Shown here: piece after piece, positions 40,464 through 50,819 of the stretch | Layout of the letters: the number at the start of each line of letters is the position of its first letter | Position numbering within the stretch: the stretch's first letter is position 1 | Virus record (IMG/VR): IMGVR_UViG_3300031840_000546 | Reading direction: 5' to 3' (one strand) | Length of the DNA: 64,000 bases | Origin: an uncultured virus (IMG/VR IMGVR_UViG_3300031840_000546) | Lineage: Duplodnaviria; Heunggongvirae; Uroviricota; Caudoviricetes | The notes under the pieces: model-generated | The model's input: only the letters and a program-made list of their open reading frames with translations | What the model was told of the DNA's origin: nothing | The model's database searches: none | Translations under genes and position numbers: made by a program

Positions 40464-41138
40464 ATGTCAAAATTGCTTGTGAAGTTCCCTTCTCGCAACA
40501 GACCAGAGAAGTTCAGGGACATTTTAGATAATTATACATCACGAACCTCAGGTAAACATGAGGTGAGATTTGTCATTTCGATGGATCTAGACGATGAAAC
40601 AATGAACAACGATGAGATCAAAAGTTACCTTGAGTCGTTGCGTGACAAAGGTATTGACCTAGTGTATCATTACGGAAAATCTAAAACTAAGGTCGAAGCA
40701 TGTAACGCTGATCTTGAGGGAGAGAAGGCTGACGTAATCTTACTCATATCCGATGACATGGTTCTACAACAAGACAACTATGATGACATCATCATGTCAG
40801 ACTTCGCAGAGCATCTACCGAATTATGATGGTGGTATAAAGTATCATGACGGGCTTCGTAATGATGCTCTTATGACTCTACCAATCATCGGATGGAACTT
40901 TTATGAGAAGTTTGGATACATTTATAATCCAGAGTATACTTCTGTATATTGTGACACCGAACAAACACACGTTTTGATGCTACTTAACAAATTAGTGGTT
41001 AGTCAAACCTGTATTGCTAAACATGATTGGACACCTCAGCCTTTTGATGAATTGCACGCAAGAAATGAAAACGCACAAATGTACGAAAAAGATGGAAGTA
41101 TATTCCACAGAAATAAAGCACTGAACTTTAACCTATGA
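40464..41138 (+). CDS. GT-A fold glycosyltransferase (GT2-like)
   Basis: FPSRNRP..., LISDDM (DxD-like), VYCDTE; ATG at 40464. Confidence 0.7.
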   Translation: MSKLLVKFPSRNRPEKFRDILDNYTSRTSGKHEVRFVISMDLDDETMNNDEIKSYLESLRDKGIDLVYHYGKSKTKVEACNADLEGEKADVILLISDDMVLQQDNYDDIIMSDFAEHLPNYDGGIKYHDGLRNDALMTLPIIGWNFYEKFGYIYNPEYTSVYCDTEQTHVLMLLNKLVVSQTCIAKHDWTPQPFDELHARNENAQMYEKDGSIFHRNKALNFNL

Positions 41139-42013
41139 AAACTGTTTTATCATACTGTCTCTTCGACCCGTTCAATATTCATGTTCACAGAACATGGGAC
41201 GAGCATAACTTAGATAAAACAAGATATTGGTTTAACATACCAGCGTTGTATATCACCAACAAAGTATTATATCCAGACTACGAGATGAAAATATTCATCA
41301 ATAATAGTTTAACTTACAATCCACTTTTTAAATTATTAGAAAAACTTGATATCACTATCGAGGAAGTAGATCTAAAATTTACGAATACATCTGAACCGAT
41401 GATGTGGAGACTGATTCCCATATGGGATGGTAACTACGACTGCGTGTTTTTGAGAGACATTGATTCTATACCAAATTATCAAGAGTATGTGTCCACGACG
41501 TATTTTGCAAAGAGTAAGTTTGCTATACAGACTCTGCGATCTCATGAAAACCATTATCATGAAATGGGTTGTGATATCCTCGGAGGTCTTTGTGGGTTTA
41601 AACCTAGTAAGATTGAACACAAACCTAAATCATTCAAAGAGTATTATGAATCTAGAATGGATATGCCTTGGGCTCAAGATCAGTTTATGTTGAGTCATAC
41701 ATTTATACAACAACAGTCTCCTTTGTTTTTAGAGACAAACTTCCTAGACTGTCCTATCGATAACCAGAAAAGAAAAGCACCGTTTCCACACTCAGTCATA
41801 CCATACTCTTTGTTTAAAAACGAAGAGAAAGACTTGATAAAACGTAAAGTTCTTTCTATAGTAAAAGAAAGTTCTCTAGCGGACTGGGCAGGACAACCAT
41901 GTGATGCAAGAGGAGAGGTGCTGAATAAGTTTTTAGAGTTGGATTGTGATGCAGCGAGACTAGTCAAAGAAACTCTTGATGATAAAGTTTTAAAAGATTT
42001 TTATGGAGTGTAA
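41135..42013 (+). CDS. Putative glycosyltransferase
   Basis: VLSYCLF, MMWRLIP, FLRDIDS (DxD), ILGGLCG, QDQ; island context. Confidence 0.55.
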   Translation: MKTVLSYCLFDPFNIHVHRTWDEHNLDKTRYWFNIPALYITNKVLYPDYEMKIFINNSLTYNPLFKLLEKLDITIEEVDLKFTNTSEPMMWRLIPIWDGNYDCVFLRDIDSIPNYQEYVSTTYFAKSKFAIQTLRSHENHYHEMGCDILGGLCGFKPSKIEHKPKSFKEYYESRMDMPWAQDQFMLSHTFIQQQSPLFLETNFLDCPIDNQKRKAPFPHSVIPYSLFKNEEKDLIKRKVLSIVKESSLADWAGQPCDARGEVLNKFLELDCDAARLVKETLDDKVLKDFYGV

Positions 42014-42014
42014 A

Positions 42015-42806
42015 ATGAAGTTGTTTGTGACTATGAGAAATCACGCAAAGGGAGACACGTTTCGTGAACTCATCGAAATGTGGGATGAATCAAATTACAT
42101 AGTGATCGAAGATAGTCACGACAGATTCTGTTGGACTGGTGATGGTGTTGGTGATGTCTTGTTGTATGAGTATGCAAGGTTTGATTTCTTACCCAAAACT
42201 TGGAACAAGGGTTTGTTCTCAAACACTCAAGCGTGGAACGTTCCAATCGGAAAAAATCATCCTTGGATATTTTGGTCAAGACATCCTAGAAAACTAGAAT
42301 CTAAAATCAAAGAGGGTATTAAGAGTTTCGATGACAGAGACACAAAATCTATATTTCTCGGTAAGATCGAAAACCCTATACAATATGAAAACAGGATGAC
42401 TCACGACTGGTCAACTTGCATAGAAGAGTTTAGTATGCCTGTTGCTATCGGTAACGTGTACGAGTATCCATACACACAAGACGAATATCTTAACAAGGTA
42501 TCACGCTCACGTTACGGACTTGTTCTGCCTGGGTATGGTCCGAAGTGTAATCGTGAAATAGAATATTTTGGTCTGGGAACAGTGCCGATCTATACAAAAG
42601 GTTGTGGACTAGAATACCATGACAAACTAGAAGAGGGTGTTCATTATTTCTATGCGTCATCACCCGATGAAGTTGCAGCGATAGTAAACAACGTCAGTTC
42701 TACACAGTGGAATGAGATGTCGAAAAATGGTAGAGATTGGTATGAGCGAAACTGTTCTCGTAAAGGCTCATACGATACAACAAAAAGAATCGTGGAGTCA
42801 ATATGA
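42015..42806 (+). CDS. GT-B fold glycosyltransferase (exostosin/Glyco_trans_1-like C-terminal domain)
   Basis: EYLNKVSRSRYGLVLPGYGPKCNREIEYFGLGTVP...EEGVHY. Confidence 0.65.
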   Translation: MKLFVTMRNHAKGDTFRELIEMWDESNYIVIEDSHDRFCWTGDGVGDVLLYEYARFDFLPKTWNKGLFSNTQAWNVPIGKNHPWIFWSRHPRKLESKIKEGIKSFDDRDTKSIFLGKIENPIQYENRMTHDWSTCIEEFSMPVAIGNVYEYPYTQDEYLNKVSRSRYGLVLPGYGPKCNREIEYFGLGTVPIYTKGCGLEYHDKLEEGVHYFYASSPDEVAAIVNNVSSTQWNEMSKNGRDWYERNCSRKGSYDTTKRIVESI

Positions 42807-43489
42807 TTACAGTTGTTCTGACGGTGTGGAAACGTGACAATTTCGTAGAGCAGTTGGAGGCGATTAAAAAGCAAACTGCTGATATCGATAGAATCGTTGT
42901 TTATCAAAATGAAAACCATATTGATCTAAGTCAATACCAAGACGGATCGTGGGACCATGTTCAGTCCTCAACGAATAGTAAATACCACGGTAGGTTTACT
43001 CTTCCTCTTTTATTTACATCTGAATATACAGCGATCTTTGATGATGACACAATCCCCGCACCAAAATGGTTGGAGCATTGTGTTAACACATCTAAAAAAC
43101 TAAACTGCATTTGTGGTGCAAACGGTCGTAATCGTAGTAACAAAGGGTCTGTTGGTATTTGCGATGGTATTGCTAATCCAGTCCCAGTCAAAGCAGACAT
43201 CGTGGGACACTGTTGGTTCTTCAAAACGGAGTGGATTCATTACATGTGGAAAGAACCCACAGTTTCCTTTTCAACTGGGGAGGATATACAGTTGTGTGCA
43301 TCAGCACAAATCTTCGGAGACATATTCTCTTACGTTCCGTCTCAACCACACGATCAACCCGAAGTTTGGGGAGACACAAATCCCATGCTAGGATCTGATG
43401 AACATGCATCATGGAAACTTCCTCACCACAATCCAGACAGAGAAAAACTTTACGAGCATTATTCTAAGTTAGGGTGGATCACTCAATGA
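42803..43489 (+). CDS. GT2-like glycosyltransferase
   Basis: ITVVLTVWKR...AIFDDDTIP...GEDIQL. Confidence 0.75.
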   Translation: MITVVLTVWKRDNFVEQLEAIKKQTADIDRIVVYQNENHIDLSQYQDGSWDHVQSSTNSKYHGRFTLPLLFTSEYTAIFDDDTIPAPKWLEHCVNTSKKLNCICGANGRNRSNKGSVGICDGIANPVPVKADIVGHCWFFKTEWIHYMWKEPTVSFSTGEDIQLCASAQIFGDIFSYVPSQPHDQPEVWGDTNPMLGSDEHASWKLPHHNPDREKLYEHYSKLGWITQ

Positions 43490-44199
43490 TCGTAATCCCA
43501 GAGTTTCCAGAGTGCGGATTTGGTAATAAGGCACTTTACTATAATAACATGAGACAACTTGCTCATCAATTAGGTGTAGGATTTAGTTGTCCTGAGTGGG
43601 AAGGCTGTGATGTTTTTGATCTTGAAATTCACAAGGAAACACCTACAGATCAATACGCCTTACCTTTTTGCTTAGGAACAGAATACTTTGAATTCAAAAC
43701 CATAAGCACCAGAGACGTTTTTAAAATGTCTGATATTCAAAGATACGAAAGAACCTGTTCAATTCATATTCGTGAAACCGACTTTCATGCATGGATGCCT
43801 GAATCTGTCGATATTGGTCAGCGTGTTGGATATTACCAAAACTCTATCGTAGAATTATTGGATCGTGTTGACACATTCTATATTTTTACCGACGATCCAA
43901 ACTCTTGGAGAATCGCAGAGATTATCGAGTGTCTTGAATTCAATCGTAAAGATTACAAGTTTGGCGAAAACACATCAGACAGAAGTAAGTTCAAGAATGA
44001 CTTCATAGAAATGTCACGTTGTGATCATATGATATCCAGTCCATCTACATTTAATATTGTAGCAGGGATGACAGGTATCAAAAAAACAATCATTCACTCG
44101 AAAGATTGGATTAACTATCGTAAATCTAAAAATGATGTCTTCTGGTGCAAAGTTGCTGACGCAAATGATGAAGACTACAATGTATGGAGACTAGTATGA
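43486..44199 (+). CDS. GT11-like (alpha-1,2-fucosyltransferase family) glycosyltransferase
   Basis: GFGNK, SIHIRETD, FTDD, SPSTF. Confidence 0.7.
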   Translation: MIVIPEFPECGFGNKALYYNNMRQLAHQLGVGFSCPEWEGCDVFDLEIHKETPTDQYALPFCLGTEYFEFKTISTRDVFKMSDIQRYERTCSIHIRETDFHAWMPESVDIGQRVGYYQNSIVELLDRVDTFYIFTDDPNSWRIAEIIECLEFNRKDYKFGENTSDRSKFKNDFIEMSRCDHMISSPSTFNIVAGMTGIKKTIIHSKDWINYRKSKNDVFWCKVADANDEDYNVWRLV

Positions 44200-44999
44200 G
44201 CAAAGTTTATTTGAAGACATACTTTTATGTAGAGCATGAAGTAAAGTTCCTCGCTATGAATTTGTTAGAGGCATATGATCATATTGATGGTTTTATAATA
44301 TGCGAACATAATAGAACTCATACGGGTAGACCCAGAGACTACATTTGGGATGAAGTAAAGGATCAACTCCCTGCTGAATTTATGGATAAGGTAATCTACC
44401 TTCCTTCTGATTTGAGTGATAAGGCTGTTGAAGCATACGAGAGAGAAGATCTTATCCACTCAATCAACGAACCCGTGATGCGTAGTTCTTTTATGACTGA
44501 CATGGAGTTTGACCGAGATGATATTATTATTTCAATTGACGCTGATGAAATAATTTATCGTGATGCGTATCCACAAATTTTAGAGACTGTCAGTAGACAG
44601 AATTTAGTCAGGTTGAATCTACATCAGTTTTTCTATAAAACAAATTATTTGTGGGAGGGTAAGGATTTTACATCTCCCATCGCAAGTAAATATTGGGTGT
44701 TCCAAGATCAATACCCTACGAATTGGAGAGACGTTGGACCTATACTGCCTGGTAAGCATGGTTGTCATTTTTCTTGGTGTATGACTCCAGAGGAGATGGT
44801 TTACAAACTACATACTTATAGTCATCCGAGATATAGATTCTGTGCAAACAAAGAACTTCTAGAAGAGGCGATTGCAAACAAAGAGTATCCGTTTGACCCT
44901 GACGTTGACTTTAGAATTCGTGAACTTGATAATAATGATGAGGTAATACCTGAATGTCTAAGAAATCAGTTGCAATACTTGGAAAAGGCCCTAGCGTAA
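44196..44999 (+). CDS. GT17-like glycosyltransferase
   Basis: FIICEHNRTHTGRPR, DIIISIDADEI, GCHFSWC. Confidence 0.7.
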   Translation: MSKVYLKTYFYVEHEVKFLAMNLLEAYDHIDGFIICEHNRTHTGRPRDYIWDEVKDQLPAEFMDKVIYLPSDLSDKAVEAYEREDLIHSINEPVMRSSFMTDMEFDRDDIIISIDADEIIYRDAYPQILETVSRQNLVRLNLHQFFYKTNYLWEGKDFTSPIASKYWVFQDQYPTNWRDVGPILPGKHGCHFSWCMTPEEMVYKLHTYSHPRYRFCANKELLEEAIANKEYPFDPDVDFRIRELDNNDEVIPECLRNQLQYLEKALA

Positions 45000-45547
45000 G
45001 TCGCTGCACTAGGGAGTTTATAGATAAGTTTAATGTCGTTGTAGGTTGTGGTAGACCCCTCATAGATGGTTACGAGCATCTAGTAGGATCACGTTTACAC
45101 TATGACTTCTCAAATAGGACATCCACCCCATATACTCAAGAGCAAATAAGTAGATACGGTGTTCGTGAGCATATCGATACTGGTGGTCAAACTCCGATTC
45201 GTGAAAACTTTTCATATAAGGACTTAGATCCATCGACTGGTATTCTAGCCTTTGATTTATTTGTTCACGACGATAGTGTTGATAGCATCGCACTTGTAGG
45301 ATTTGATTTGTTTCAGCACATGGAAAAGATGTATTACTTCAAAAATGAAGAGTTTGATCCCGCACTCAAGTGGCTCTGGGACAACGGTACATACGATTCA
45401 CAGGGTAGACTTACAGAGATTAGCGGACACAATCTAGAGAGAACATACGAATATCTAAATCATATGTTTGATTCTTACCCAGAAAAGAATTTTTACATAA
45501 TATCGTCTTATCCATTTGAAGAAAAACCAAACCTTACTATAATGTGA
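44954..45547 (+). CDS. GT29-like (sialyltransferase-like) protein
   Basis: VAILGKGPS...IDKFNVVV resembles sialylmotif L; PSTGIL...IALVGFD resembles sialylmotif S. Confidence 0.55.
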   Translation: MSKKSVAILGKGPSVSRCTREFIDKFNVVVGCGRPLIDGYEHLVGSRLHYDFSNRTSTPYTQEQISRYGVREHIDTGGQTPIRENFSYKDLDPSTGILAFDLFVHDDSVDSIALVGFDLFQHMEKMYYFKNEEFDPALKWLWDNGTYDSQGRLTEISGHNLERTYEYLNHMFDSYPEKNFYIISSYPFEEKPNLTIM

Positions 45548-45560
45548 GAAAGGAGTTTTT

Positions 45561-46139
45561 ATGTTAACAGTATTTGAAGGACTTGAAGAAAAGTTGTCTC
45601 AAGCAGTTGAGACTGAAGAGTGGAAAACTCTACAGAAACAATTCAATGAGGCAGAAGTAATCTACATGATTGGTAATGGTGGTAACATGGCAGTTGCAAG
45701 TCATGGTGCTGCTGATGCTACACGACTTACAAATAAGAAAGTGCATTGTTTAGACAGTCAGTCACATCTGACTTCAATTGCAAATGATCATGGTTATGAA
45801 AATATCTTTGAGCGATGGTTGGAAGCGTACGCTGACTTAGACAAAAAAACCTTAGTATTAGGATACTCTGGTTCAGGAAACTCCGCTAATGTCTTGGGTG
45901 CTTTACGTTGGGCTGATGATCAAGGGTTTGATACCACGATCATTACTGGTGTGAAGTCAGCAAGATTAGATAGAGACACGATAAACGAAATATGCTTTGA
46001 TAACATCTTTTTTCACTCCCATGAAATCTTATCTGTTATGTCTTTCTATGAATTGATTCATGGTGCGGGTCATGCGTGTCCAACAATCAAAGCAGAGAAT
46101 GATAGAAAGTACGGAACGAAAGGAATCAAGCATGTCTGA
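45561..46139 (+). CDS. SIS-domain sugar-phosphate isomerase (GmhA-like)
   Basis: IGNGGNMAVASH, TSIANDHGYENIF, SGSGNSANV. Confidence 0.85.
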   Translation: MLTVFEGLEEKLSQAVETEEWKTLQKQFNEAEVIYMIGNGGNMAVASHGAADATRLTNKKVHCLDSQSHLTSIANDHGYENIFERWLEAYADLDKKTLVLGYSGSGNSANVLGALRWADDQGFDTTIITGVKSARLDRDTINEICFDNIFFHSHEILSVMSFYELIHGAGHACPTIKAENDRKYGTKGIKHV

Positions 46140-46797
46140 CATTACCGCTTTAATTATGGTTCGTAGTGGATCTGTTCGCTGTAAGAATAAAAATATTCGA
46201 GAGTTTGCAGATACAAACCTGCTAGAGAATAAAATTAAGACTCTGAAAGAGGTCGAAGGTATTCATGAGATTGTTGTAAACTCTGACTGTCAAAACATGT
46301 TGGGTATTGCTATCGAGAGTGGTTGTAGAACCGTTCTGCGAGATAAAGCATATGCAACATCGGAGACTACACCGAGTGAGTTGTATAAGCATGTAGCAAA
46401 AACCATTGAAACAGATTATGTTTTATCTGCGAGTGTATGTTATCCTATGATGTCAACTGAAACATATCAGCGTTTAGTAAATCTTCATAGCGAAAACGAA
46501 GGAACCAGTGAGAGTGTTGTAGCATGTCATACTATTAATCACCACCTTTGGATTAATACACCTTATGGTTACGAACCTCTAAACTATGAACCAGGCAATC
46601 AACCGAACAGTCAAGAGTTACCAGAAGTGGTTAGTATTTGTTGGGGTGGTATTATTACTCCTAAAAAAACTATGTTGCAGGGAGACTTGATCGGAAGAAA
46701 ACCAATGTTTGTGGATATTCCTTGTCATGAAGCGATGGACATCGACACTGAGTTAGACTTTAAAATTTCTGAAGTCGTTTATAAGGGACTACAGTGA
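46132..46797 (+). CDS. Acylneuraminate cytidylyltransferase family (NeuA-like, copy 1)
   Basis: ALIMVRSGSVRCKNKNIREF...MDIDTELDF; ATG at 46132. Confidence 0.85.
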   Translation: MSDITALIMVRSGSVRCKNKNIREFADTNLLENKIKTLKEVEGIHEIVVNSDCQNMLGIAIESGCRTVLRDKAYATSETTPSELYKHVAKTIETDYVLSASVCYPMMSTETYQRLVNLHSENEGTSESVVACHTINHHLWINTPYGYEPLNYEPGNQPNSQELPEVVSICWGGIITPKKTMLQGDLIGRKPMFVDIPCHEAMDIDTELDFKISEVVYKGLQ

Positions 46798-47516
46798 AAT
46801 TTACTTTTGGTATTACGACTGCTCCACCTGAGCAAACTTGTTTTGCATGGCAAGATCGTATTCGATGCATAGTCGAATCTATTCGCACTCAAAATATACC
46901 TGAATACGAAATTATCATCGTGGGTGGACCTGTTGTGAAAGAAGGTAGACACGGAGGATCTCTTCATAACAGACAGGACATCGTACATATTCCCTTTGAT
47001 GAGGACAGCGGACTCGCTGGTAACGAGCAGTGGTGTAAGGAAAACCAAATCAAGAGAGGCGGTTGGATTACAAAAAAGAAAAACTTGATTACAGATCAAG
47101 CAAAATATGAAAACGTAGTTTACATCCACGATTATCACGCATTTATGCCTGGGTGGTTTGCAAACTTTGTGGTGTTTGGTGACGAGTGGGATGTCTGCAT
47201 GAATCGTGTTGAAGACATCTGGGGTAATAGATTTAGAGATTGGTTATCGTGGGATCATCCTAATTATAGAAAACGTCAACTCATGGACTACGATGACTCC
47301 AGTGCTGCAAAATACTCATACATCTCAGGATCTTATTGGGTTGCAAAGAAAAAGTTTATGCAAGAGAATCCTTTAGATGAATCCTTGGTATATAGTCAGT
47401 CCGAAGATTTAGAATGGTCACTTAGAATTAGAGATAAAGCAAACTACAGAATGAATCCAAGGTCTATTGTACGTCACATTCGACCCAAATACACAGGAGA
47501 TGAACCAGTATTATGA
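46794..47516 (+). CDS. GT2-like glycosyltransferase
   Basis: FTFGITT...YEIIIVG...WITKKKN...YIHDY...SEDLEW. Confidence 0.7.
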   Translation: MKFTFGITTAPPEQTCFAWQDRIRCIVESIRTQNIPEYEIIIVGGPVVKEGRHGGSLHNRQDIVHIPFDEDSGLAGNEQWCKENQIKRGGWITKKKNLITDQAKYENVVYIHDYHAFMPGWFANFVVFGDEWDVCMNRVEDIWGNRFRDWLSWDHPNYRKRQLMDYDDSSAAKYSYISGSYWVAKKKFMQENPLDESLVYSQSEDLEWSLRIRDKANYRMNPRSIVRHIRPKYTGDEPVL

Positions 47517-48292
47517 GAAACGAAGACCTCAGAAATAAATATGATGAAGTGTTCAAGGGAGGATCAAATAACTTCTTCACATGTAATGTATTTGAAGAAT
47601 CACATGCTCTCGCTAGTAGAGTATTAAAAGAAACTAATGGTATTTTGTCTGATAAGTCAGTGCTTGATATAGGATGCGGTGAGGGTATGCTGGTCGCTAT
47701 GCTCGCGGAGGCTGGTGCTTTTGTTTCTGTCGGTGTGGATTATAGTGAAGAGGCTATAAAAAACGCTTACGAAAAATTTGGACACAAAAATGCGGAGTAT
47801 GTTTGTAAAGATTATAAAGAGTTAGATGAGTCTTTTGATATCGTTACGATGCAGGGTGTTATGGAACACTTAGATGACCCGTGGACTGAAGTTAAAAATA
47901 TCATGGATACGAAAGTAAAAGACGGTGGTTTTTTCGTCACAAGTTCACCGTCATTTTTAAATCCTCGTGGGTATGTTTGGATGACGCTTGCAAAACTGTT
48001 TAACGTTCCAATGTCACTTACAGACTTACACTTCATATGTCCATTTGATATGCAAAAGTTCTGTGATGAAAACAACTATGATTTAGAATATGAATCAATC
48101 CACCAAGACTGGGGTTCTGGTGATACTATGATTCGTGATTTTAATAAAAGACTTCGTAACGCTCTACGAGATGCAAATATGGATAACAGTAAAGTTGATG
48201 ATCTCCTTGAGTGGTTATACAATGCGAATAAATACTATGTAACGAATGAGTCTAGTGGTGCAATTGTAGTTTATAGAATGAGGAAGAAGTGA
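47513..48292 (+). CDS. Class I SAM-dependent methyltransferase
   Basis: VLDIGCGEG, GVDYS, FDIV...VMEHL. Confidence 0.9.
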   Translation: MRNEDLRNKYDEVFKGGSNNFFTCNVFEESHALASRVLKETNGILSDKSVLDIGCGEGMLVAMLAEAGAFVSVGVDYSEEAIKNAYEKFGHKNAEYVCKDYKELDESFDIVTMQGVMEHLDDPWTEVKNIMDTKVKDGGFFVTSSPSFLNPRGYVWMTLAKLFNVPMSLTDLHFICPFDMQKFCDENNYDLEYESIHQDWGSGDTMIRDFNKRLRNALRDANMDNSKVDDLLEWLYNANKYYVTNESSGAIVVYRMRKK

Positions 48293-49380
48293 AGTCACTA
48301 ACACGCTGTGAGGAAGTAGTAAATTTTAGAGAGAAGACTAGAGAGTGTAAAGGCATACTCGCTGGTCAATATCCACATGTTGTAGAAGATAAAATTTATT
48401 ACCAAATGGAAACACCCAAAGAGGTTCACTATGCACAACGAAGTGGTGCAGGCTATCGCAAACCTTTGTATAACAATATCATTAAGAAATCTCTATCCGC
48501 TCATAACTTTAGTGTCTTTTATGATTCAAATCCGAATACTCCTGATGATGAGCGATACAAGGCAGTGGGCGGATACCACGTTGGTCGTGCATCGGTAAAG
48601 ACTCCGTGGACATTAGGTTTACACCAAGCATCACTGTACGGTGAATTAAATGACTGCGAGATTAGTGGTGACTTAGATGTGGTGGAGTTCAAAGATCCCG
48701 TGTGGCCTGAGTTTACTAAGTTACTATTTCACGATGACTTTTATCACCCTAGACACGCAAATGGTCTTTACATATTTAAATCACATAATGGTATCGAGTG
48801 GACGGAGTATCACGACAAACCAATATTCAGCACACTCACAGAGTGTGAGAGTCCGTATGAGGAGTGTCTAGCATTCGATACCCATCCAAGTATTTTTTAT
48901 GACAGGAACCAAGATGATTACGTTATATACATGAGAGGTAATCTAAAACTTGGTGTCCGTCATGTGATGTATTCACGATCAAAAGATTTAGTAAACTGGT
49001 CTAAGCCTAAACTTATCAAAACCGATCCATCTTTTGATTTTGATCATGGTAACTTATACTTCATGTGTGCAAAACCTTACGCGAGTAAGTATCTCGCCTT
49101 CCCCCCACACTTTAAAAATGAAATCATCTCCGATAGTAATCGTCGTTACTATGACACTAAAACTCAAATCATGATATCTGACAATGGTGAAAATTGGAGA
49201 ACGGTGGGTAGTTTGTTTGAAGGTCAAACGAATGGTCATATGGACTTCCCGCATGTAGCATCGTTTCGAGTTGAGGACGATAAGGTTGCTTTGTATGTGC
49301 ATGAGGGTTTCATGTCAACACAAGGTAAACTTGTAAGATATACGATTGATAAGGAGGAAGTAGATGCACTCTTTAGATAA
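48289..49380 (+). CDS. Beta-propeller glycoside hydrolase-like protein
   Basis: Asp-box-like repeats KSHNGIEW, RSKDLVNW, ISDNGENW; FDTH...YVIYMR. Confidence 0.65.
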   Translation: MKSLTRCEEVVNFREKTRECKGILAGQYPHVVEDKIYYQMETPKEVHYAQRSGAGYRKPLYNNIIKKSLSAHNFSVFYDSNPNTPDDERYKAVGGYHVGRASVKTPWTLGLHQASLYGELNDCEISGDLDVVEFKDPVWPEFTKLLFHDDFYHPRHANGLYIFKSHNGIEWTEYHDKPIFSTLTECESPYEECLAFDTHPSIFYDRNQDDYVIYMRGNLKLGVRHVMYSRSKDLVNWSKPKLIKTDPSFDFDHGNLYFMCAKPYASKYLAFPPHFKNEIISDSNRRYYDTKTQIMISDNGENWRTVGSLFEGQTNGHMDFPHVASFRVEDDKVALYVHEGFMSTQGKLVRYTIDKEEVDALFR

Positions 49381-50188
49381 GCAAGGTTATAACTTACAGG
49401 TTTCAAAATTTATACATTTTGGTAATAGTCTCGTACAACTTACTAATGCTATTGACTTAGCGAAGAATACAAAGTCACTACTCATGCTTCCGAATATGGG
49501 AACCTGTGATGAGGCTTATCAATTTTTATCACGACTTCCGAACTTTTCATATACGAGCGGAGGTGGATGTAACGAAACACTTGAGAGTAAGTTTTATTTC
49601 AAGGACGAGTGTTACGGTCATGAGATTAGTAATGACACTCGTAGAGAAATATTACAGCAGGATATTCATCCTCATTTAGAGTATGAAGATATTAATTTAA
49701 CAGATGATGACTTAGTGATTCACATTCGTAGCGGTAATATTTTTGGTGGGTGGGTACACAAAAACTATGCTCAACCCCCAATGACATTTTACGATAAGGT
49801 TATCAGTGAAGCGAATCCGAAGAAGATTATTATTGTCTCGGAGGATGACAAAAATCCTTGCGTAAAAGGAATACTAGACAAATATGAAAATTCTTATGTA
49901 TCACACACAAATCTTAAAACCAGCATTAGCATCATCTTAAGTGCGAAGAAGTTAGCAATAGGATTCGGTACGTTCGGTTGGATGCAAGCATTACTGTCAA
50001 AGAACATACATACTTTGTGGTGTCCAAATGTTTGCACCGATGTGTTTGGTACTGAGTTTGATAATGGAGATCCTTTTACAATTATAAGACATGTGTTTGA
50101 GGACTACATCGGTTTAGGTGAATGGGAATGCTCAGACGAGCAACTCAAATTAATGATGGGAGAAGTAAATGTTGTTGAAGTTATCTGA
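49364..50188 (+). CDS. GT11-like glycosyltransferase
   Basis: HFGNSLVQ, VIHIRSG, IVSED, GTFGW. Confidence 0.65.
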   Translation: MHSLDKQGYNLQVSKFIHFGNSLVQLTNAIDLAKNTKSLLMLPNMGTCDEAYQFLSRLPNFSYTSGGGCNETLESKFYFKDECYGHEISNDTRREILQQDIHPHLEYEDINLTDDDLVIHIRSGNIFGGWVHKNYAQPPMTFYDKVISEANPKKIIIVSEDDKNPCVKGILDKYENSYVSHTNLKTSISIILSAKKLAIGFGTFGWMQALLSKNIHTLWCPNVCTDVFGTEFDNGDPFTIIRHVFEDYIGLGEWECSDEQLKLMMGEVNVVEVI

Positions 50189-50819
50189 TTTAATAGGGAA
50201 GCACTCCCTGAATATTAAAGGTGTGTATCATATCGGCGCACATCATGGTCAAGAGTTTGAATCATACAAGAAGTGGTGTATCAACAACATTATTTTCTTC
50301 GAAGCATACGGACCTAACTATTTAAAATTAAAAGAATACATCGACTCACAAGAAACCGATGGTATGAATATTCATATGGAGAACATCGCTCTCGGACACA
50401 GAGATGGTGATAAAACGCTCTATGTGGAGACAGAAAATCAATCAATGTCATGTTCCTTACTTAAACCTAAGGTGCATTTAGAACTCTATCCAAAGATTAC
50501 ATTTGATGAAGAGATCAGCGTTCGACAGACTTTTTTAGATAAGTTTGTTATTGAACACAACGTTGATACCAGTAAGTTTAACTTTATTAATATTGATGTT
50601 CAGGGATATGAACTTGAAGTTTTCAAAGGTGCTGCACACACATTGTGTGATGTAGATTATATTTACACGGAAGTAAACAACGATGAACTCTATGAAGACT
50701 GCGTACAGATGAGCGACCTTGACGAGTTGTTGGGTGATCTGTGGGGATTCCAACGTGTGGAAACAAAACTGGTAGGTAATCAAAAATGGGGAGATGCTCT
50801 TTATGTTAAACAGGAATGA
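50169..50819 (+). CDS. FkbM-family methyltransferase
   Basis: HIGAHHGQE, NIDVQGYELEVFKG, YIYTEV, WGDALY. Confidence 0.9.
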   Translation: MLLKLSDLIGKHSLNIKGVYHIGAHHGQEFESYKKWCINNIIFFEAYGPNYLKLKEYIDSQETDGMNIHMENIALGHRDGDKTLYVETENQSMSCSLLKPKVHLELYPKITFDEEISVRQTFLDKFVIEHNVDTSKFNFINIDVQGYELEVFKGAAHTLCDVDYIYTEVNNDELYEDCVQMSDLDELLGDLWGFQRVETKLVGNQKWGDALYVKQE

